From NCBI GenBank assembly GCA_965206745.1, contig OZ242220.1, positions 96,001 to 160,000 of the forward strand: a DNA stretch of 64,000 bases, given 5' to 3'. Under the pieces are notes generated by a model, which saw nothing but the letters and a program-made list of their open reading frames with translations, was not told the DNA's origin and searched no databases. Position 1 is the stretch's first letter; each line of letters starts with the position of its first letter. A program made the position numbers and the translations under genes. Source of the DNA: Nitrosopumilus sp. (GTDB taxonomy: Archaea > Thermoproteota > Nitrososphaeria > Nitrososphaerales > Nitrosopumilaceae). Shown piece by piece: positions 59,765-64,000 of the stretch.

Positions 59765-61071
59765 TGAATTACAAAGTTATTCTGCCGTTGCTTGTTGTCG
59801 GGTTGCTGCCCTTAGCTTTTGATAGTTCTCATGCACAGATCAGTTCGGGAGGATTCGGCCAATCCCCCTTTGAGAGGGACTTTGGCGATGTAAAATTTTT
59901 GGATGCCTACTTTGGCACTCTAAATAACAAAATCGAGATCGAGGCAGGAGATAACAATGTCCCATTTACAGTAGTGTTTGCTAATGTGGGAACGCAAGAT
60001 ATCACGGGGATTCGTGGCCAGCTGTCCCTCCCATTGAGTTTTTCAGCCTCTGATGGCCCTGATTCTGTCATTCGTGCAGATAGCGACTCAAACTCGCTGG
60101 CAGGGGAGAACTTTCATCTTACATTTTTTGTCAACATTGGCAAAAATGTACCGATTCAGCAGCACCCTGGAACCGTCAAAGTTGACTATTCACGACTGAG
60201 GGAGTCCGGAGTCAGAGCAGCGTTTGCCGATTTTAATTTCAAGGTGACCGGGGACAGTGTGATAAATGTAAAAGCTGTACAGCCATTCATCACCTCTTTA
60301 AGATCCAATGACGTAGTAATTGAGATTTCCAATGACGGTACCGCCCCAGTTTCTAGCATGGATATCACTGCAACTAACACATCGACGGAACTTGCCTCTA
60401 CATCATCATCGACTACCAACGTGGAAAATGTAGTCATCTTGGAATCAAGCTGGGATATTGGAAACATTGCTCCAAAATCCTCCAAGCGCTTTACTGCAAC
60501 GATATATGTTCCTGAATCATTAAAGGGCGATACCCTGAGAATCCCTCTCTCCATTTCATATTATAATGCACATGGAGATTTGCATCAAATTTCAAAAATC
60601 GTTGATTTCTATGTCAAGGGCCTCATTGATCTGACAGTCTTTAACGTGGGCGTAATTGAGCTCTCTGACACACAAAAGATAATCGGTGAAATAATTAACG
60701 AAGGTAACGAGGATGGACTGTTTGGATTTGTCTCAGTCGAATCAAAGGGTGACTCTAACATTAAACCAGCCACCCAGTTCATTGACGAGATTGAAATCGA
60801 TGCGCCCGTGCCATTTAACGTTCCACTAGAATTTGATGGCGAACCAAAATATGGAGAACATGATGTCACGATCACCGTTAGATACAAAGACAGTACTAGA
60901 GACGAAATATTTCTTACCCATGATGAGACAATCTTTGTAAAAGAACCACCAAATCAAGACGAGGAGGGCATTGATCCGATAATGATGGTCATTCCAGTTG
61001 TTTTGGTTGCAGGGGCCGCTGCACTCTACATTATTCGCAGGCGTAAAAAAGCAGCAATCGAGGCTAGCTAG
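59761..61071 (+). CDS. COG1361-like S-layer-domain protein with C-terminal anchor
   Basis: Signal peptide, repeated NxG beta-domains, TM helix plus RRRKK; in operon with the ABC exporter. Confidence 0.75.
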   Translation: MMNYKVILPLLVVGLLPLAFDSSHAQISSGGFGQSPFERDFGDVKFLDAYFGTLNNKIEIEAGDNNVPFTVVFANVGTQDITGIRGQLSLPLSFSASDGPDSVIRADSDSNSLAGENFHLTFFVNIGKNVPIQQHPGTVKVDYSRLRESGVRAAFADFNFKVTGDSVINVKAVQPFITSLRSNDVVIEISNDGTAPVSSMDITATNTSTELASTSSSTTNVENVVILESSWDIGNIAPKSSKRFTATIYVPESLKGDTLRIPLSISYYNAHGDLHQISKIVDFYVKGLIDLTVFNVGVIELSDTQKIIGEIINEGNEDGLFGFVSVESKGDSNIKPATQFIDEIEIDAPVPFNVPLEFDGEPKYGEHDVTITVRYKDSTRDEIFLTHDETIFVKEPPNQDEEGIDPIMMVIPVVLVAGAAALYIIRRRKKAAIEAS

Positions 61072-61115
61072 GGATATAATTTTAAATCTCAAACGGGTAA
61101 ATACAAAGCAGTAAG

Positions 61116-61448
61116 TTGAGATTAACTGTCATCATTCTCATTGTAGTTTTATCTATTGGAAGTATAGTAATCTCTCTAGGTTTTCTTACCTCTGAAAAAT
61201 ACATAGATGTTCCCGAGATTGCCAGCCAATATGAAAAGTTGGAGACATACAAAAATGAACTGGAGAAGATCAACCAGCAAAATAAAAAGATCCTAGGCGA
61301 TCTCGAGGTTCAAATCAAAAATTCCAACAACGTTCATCTGGAAACAATCAATGAGGAGATCAAAGTGATAAAGCGTGTAATAGAACAAAACAAGGCAGAA
61401 CTGGAACAGGTGATTACAAAATTGTCTCAGATGGAATCTGATCCGTAG
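61116..61448 (+). CDS. Membrane-anchored coiled-coil protein
   Basis: N-terminal TM helix then heptads. Confidence 0.65.
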   Translation: MRLTVIILIVVLSIGSIVISLGFLTSEKYIDVPEIASQYEKLETYKNELEKINQQNKKILGDLEVQIKNSNNVHLETINEEIKVIKRVIEQNKAELEQVITKLSQMESDP

Positions 61449-61597
61449 CAAAAGTGACTTTTCATCTCTGTGAAATTTACATCACATCTCAAGCAGATGA
61501 TATCGCGTATGGCAAATGTACTTCTTCCGGCAGGATGGTGGGATTCATCACTGTATCACTGCCAGTAACTGACGGCCTTACTAAATTCATATAGTTA

Positions 61598-61807
61598 TTG
61601 GCAGTAATTTTTTTGTTGGAAACACATCACAGATTGACAGTTTTGGGGGTATTTTTGTTGGCTGCAACCTTTTTGATAAACCACTATCATCAGGAAACTC
61701 ATCTCGACCTTGGGTTCAACTATGCATATGTTACCGGAATTTTGATGCTGGCATCATTTTCAGCAAGTTTTGTAATGTTTACAAAAAACCAACTAAAGGC
61801 ATCCTAA
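61598..61807 (+). CDS. Small two-TM protein
   Basis: Two hydrophobic helices. Confidence 0.55.
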   Translation: MAVIFLLETHHRLTVLGVFLLAATFLINHYHQETHLDLGFNYAYVTGILMLASFSASFVMFTKNQLKAS

Positions 61808-61873
61808 TTTACCTGCAAGGGTCTTTTTGAGAAAACATCAACCGCATCCATTTGAATTAAACCAATCTTCCTA

Positions 61874-61903
61874 GTTACTAACACACGAAGGCTTGACAGT
61901 ACC
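61874..61903 (-). mobile_element. Solo IS6-like left end
   Basis: GTTACTAACACACGAAGGCTTGACAGTACC is the reverse complement, with a few mismatches, of the end at 62230. Confidence 0.6.
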
Positions 61904-61922
61904 TGCATATTTGTCTGGTTCA

Positions 61923-62168
61923 TTATCTGCGGTGTCTATTTTTGAAGACATTAGTCATTTCAAAATCTGCATCAATATAGCCAACTATTTTTCCTGAACT
62001 GGAATTGACTTTTACTTCCTTTAGTTGTTCACTCAAAAACCCTACATCAAATATGATATGCCAAACACCATTTTCTATTTTTGAAGATTTTAAATCAATT
62101 GTATTGTGATGTTTTCCGAGAAATCCTTCTGCTCTTTTGATTACATCCTCCATATCATATTCTGCCAT
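61923..62168 (-). CDS. Small PepSY-like hypothetical protein
   Basis: AEGFL...W.I.FDV...VKVNSSSGKIVG pattern. Confidence 0.6.
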   Translation of the reverse strand: MAEYDMEDVIKRAEGFLGKHHNTIDLKSSKIENGVWHIIFDVGFLSEQLKEVKVNSSSGKIVGYIDADFEMTNVFKNRHRR

Positions 62169-62229
62169 AGATTAAATCATTCACAGTTACATTAATTCTT
62201 TAATTGAAAAAATCATGAGATCTTATTTC

Positions 62230-62311
62230 GGCATTGTCAAGTCTTCGTATGTTAGTCACCAAGTATGGAAATCTGTATTTAGTGCCTAACACACGACAAC
62301 TTGATAGTACC
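62230..62311. mobile_element. 82-bp MITE with 26-bp imperfect IS6-like terminal inverted repeats
   Basis: GGCATTGTCAAGTCTTCGTATGTTAG ... CTAACACACGACAACTTGATAGTACC; GG(C/T)ACTGT starts are typical of IS6 ends. Confidence 0.7.
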
Positions 62312-62354
62312 TCCTTGAGCGTAAGATTATAAGCAATTACTGGATCTTGCGATC

Positions 62355-62738
62355 ATGCCAAATGATGAGATTCAAGTGCCAAAGGAACTGCGGGAATTCA
62401 TGATGGAGGGAGCTGAGGAGACAATTCTCGGGCAGAAGAACGGCTCTCACAAGCAGTACCGTTACGGGAACCTGCACATTAGAGAATATGATGACAAGTT
62501 TCTAGTTCACAATGACAGAGTTGATCCACGTAAGGATCCGATAGGACATTTAGTTTATGATGCACCTGAGGTACTAGTTGGCCTGGCATGTGTAATTTTT
62601 GGCGGCTCACAAGTGGCAGAAAAAATGAAAAATAAAAATTCTAAAACACTGACCATTGTTTCGGGACTGACTTGCGCAATCATCTTTGGATATGTGGGGT
62701 ATCTAGCTGCCAAGAAGGCTAAAAATTATCTGGAGTGA
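62355..62738 (+). CDS. Hypothetical membrane protein
   Basis: QYRYGNLHIREY...HNDRVDPRKDPIGHL followed by two hydrophobic helices. Confidence 0.75.
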   Translation: MPNDEIQVPKELREFMMEGAEETILGQKNGSHKQYRYGNLHIREYDDKFLVHNDRVDPRKDPIGHLVYDAPEVLVGLACVIFGGSQVAEKMKNKNSKTLTIVSGLTCAIIFGYVGYLAAKKAKNYLE

Positions 62739-62743
62739 ATCAA

Positions 62744-64000
62744 GTGTCTACTGTAAGAACAATCCAAGTGCTATTCAAACTACTTCCATCCATTTTTGCA
62801 TTGCGTAAAGATAGGAAAAAATGGATCAATCAGGAAAAAAACCAGATTGATTCAGAACAGTTCAGAAAAAATGCAAGAAAAGTGCTTGACACGTTCATCT
62901 CTTTGGGGCCTGTATACATAAAACTGGGGCAGTGGCTTTCTTCACGTGCAGATATTTTACCTCAGCCTTATCTGGAGGAACTCTCAAAACTTCAGGACAG
63001 CGTGCCATCTGCACCATTTGATCAGGTAAAGCCAATAATAGAAAAAGATCTTGGTCCCATTGATGATAAATTCGACGACATAGATCCTAACTCCATATCT
63101 GGCGCCTCATTAGGCCAAGTTTACCGTGGGACCATTTCAGGCCAGCAGATTGTCGTCAAGGTGAAGAGGCCTGGAATTGAAAAAGTCGTCTTTAAGGATC
63201 TTCAAGTTTTGAAAAAGGTCCTTCCTTTGGCATTGAGGTTCGTTGATCCAAACCTGCGCTATTCTGCAAAAGCAATGCTTTCTCAATTTATTGAAACAAT
63301 CCATGAGGAGATGGACTACAAAAATGAACTGCAGAATCTCAAAAGAATCAAGGAGGACATGGCTGGCTCAAACAATGTGATTGTCCCATCCGTCTTTGAT
63401 GATTATTCATCCAAAAACGTGCTCACCATGGAATATCTGCCCGGAATCAAGGTCACAAATATTCAAGCCTTGGATGAAAAAGGCATAGATAGGGAGCAGC
63501 TTGTAATTGATGTCCACAAGGTCTTTTTCACAATGCTGCTCAAGCACTCCCTTTTTCACGCAGATCCACACCCTGGAAACATCTCCGTTACTGATGATGG
63601 AAGACTCATCTTGTATGACTATGGGATGGTCGGACGAATAAACAATGAGACTCGGATGAAACTGATCAGACTGTATCTGGCTCTAGTTGAAAGAAATCCC
63701 CCCAGGGTTGTCAGTGCAATGAGCGATCTCTCGATGCTGACTCCCGGTTACAATAGGGAGGTAATTGAAAAAGGGATTGATCTATCAATCCGTGCAATGC
63801 ATGGGAACAAACCTGACGAGATGGAAGTCCAAAGCTTGATGGAGCTTGCAAACCAGACCATGAGCAGATTTCCATTTGTACTGCCAAAGAATTTGGCATT
63901 GTACATGAGAATGGCATCAATCATTGAAGGAATATACAAAACCCATGATGTGGATTTTAAATTTGTCAAGGTGTTAAAGAATATTTTACAGGAGGAGAAC
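62744..64000 (+). CDS. ABC1/UbiB/AarF atypical kinase, 3'-truncated by the window edge (absent from the ORF track)
   Basis: GTG start; LGPVYIKLGQWLSSRADILP, LQD, ASLGQVY, VKVKRPGI, FHADPHPGN, DYGMVG. Confidence 0.92.
   Translation, partial: MSTVRTIQVLFKLLPSIFALRKDRKKWINQEKNQIDSEQFRKNARKVLDTFISLGPVYIKLGQWLSSRADILPQPYLEELSKLQDSVPSAPFDQVKPIIEKDLGPIDDKFDDIDPNSISGASLGQVYRGTISGQQIVVKVKRPGIEKVVFKDLQVLKKVLPLALRFVDPNLRYSAKAMLSQFIETIHEEMDYKNELQNLKRIKEDMAGSNNVIVPSVFDDYSSKNVLTMEYLPGIKVTNIQALDEKGIDREQLVIDVHKVFFTMLLKHSLFHADPHPGNISVTDDGRLILYDYGMVGRINNETRMKLIRLYLALVERNPPRVVSAMSDLSMLTPGYNREVIEKGIDLSIRAMHGNKPDEMEVQSLMELANQTMSRFPFVLPKNLALYMRMASIIEGIYKTHDVDFKFVKVLKNILQEEN

Noticed and set aside
249-63969. Numerous short antisense or alternative-frame ORFs in the track
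   Set aside because: They lie inside well-supported genes and carry no recognisable motifs.

Overview
Archaeal chromosome segment, most likely a Nitrosopumilus-like ammonia-oxidising archaeon (Nitrososphaerota/Thaumarchaeota). This is inferred from the gene set: rpoL-tfs-pcn, egsA, psmB-aCPSF1, the archaeal CoA operon pok-pps-panB-coaBC, an MtrA-like gene, a PEFG-CTERM protein, cbiH/bluB and a tRNA with a D-loop intron. The core backbone is interrupted by accessory patches: (i) a lone short DprA gene; (ii) 12.7-21.3 kb, with an IS relic, a 1627-aa modular surface protein carrying seven copies of a ~110-140 aa repeat I do not recognise, and a Fic gene whose promoter and 5' end are duplicated across a mini-element; (iii) an AT-rich defence island at 33.0-39.3 kb, with three tandem cassettes each encoding a 47-aa antitoxin-like peptide missed by the ORF track, followed by a poly-T tract and a GNAT toxin gene (only one intact), then an McrBC pair whose McrB has a HARE-HTH domain inside its GTPase, flanked by 105-bp direct repeats; (iv) a secreted MORN-repeat protein plus a serpin; (v) IS6-like mini-elements around a small gene at 62 kb. 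Serpin, TA/restriction genes and many IS relics would fit a host-associated (e.g. sponge) lineage, but that is inference. Three tRNAs, no rRNA, no CRISPR array. All family assignments come from motif recognition by eye; no searches were run.
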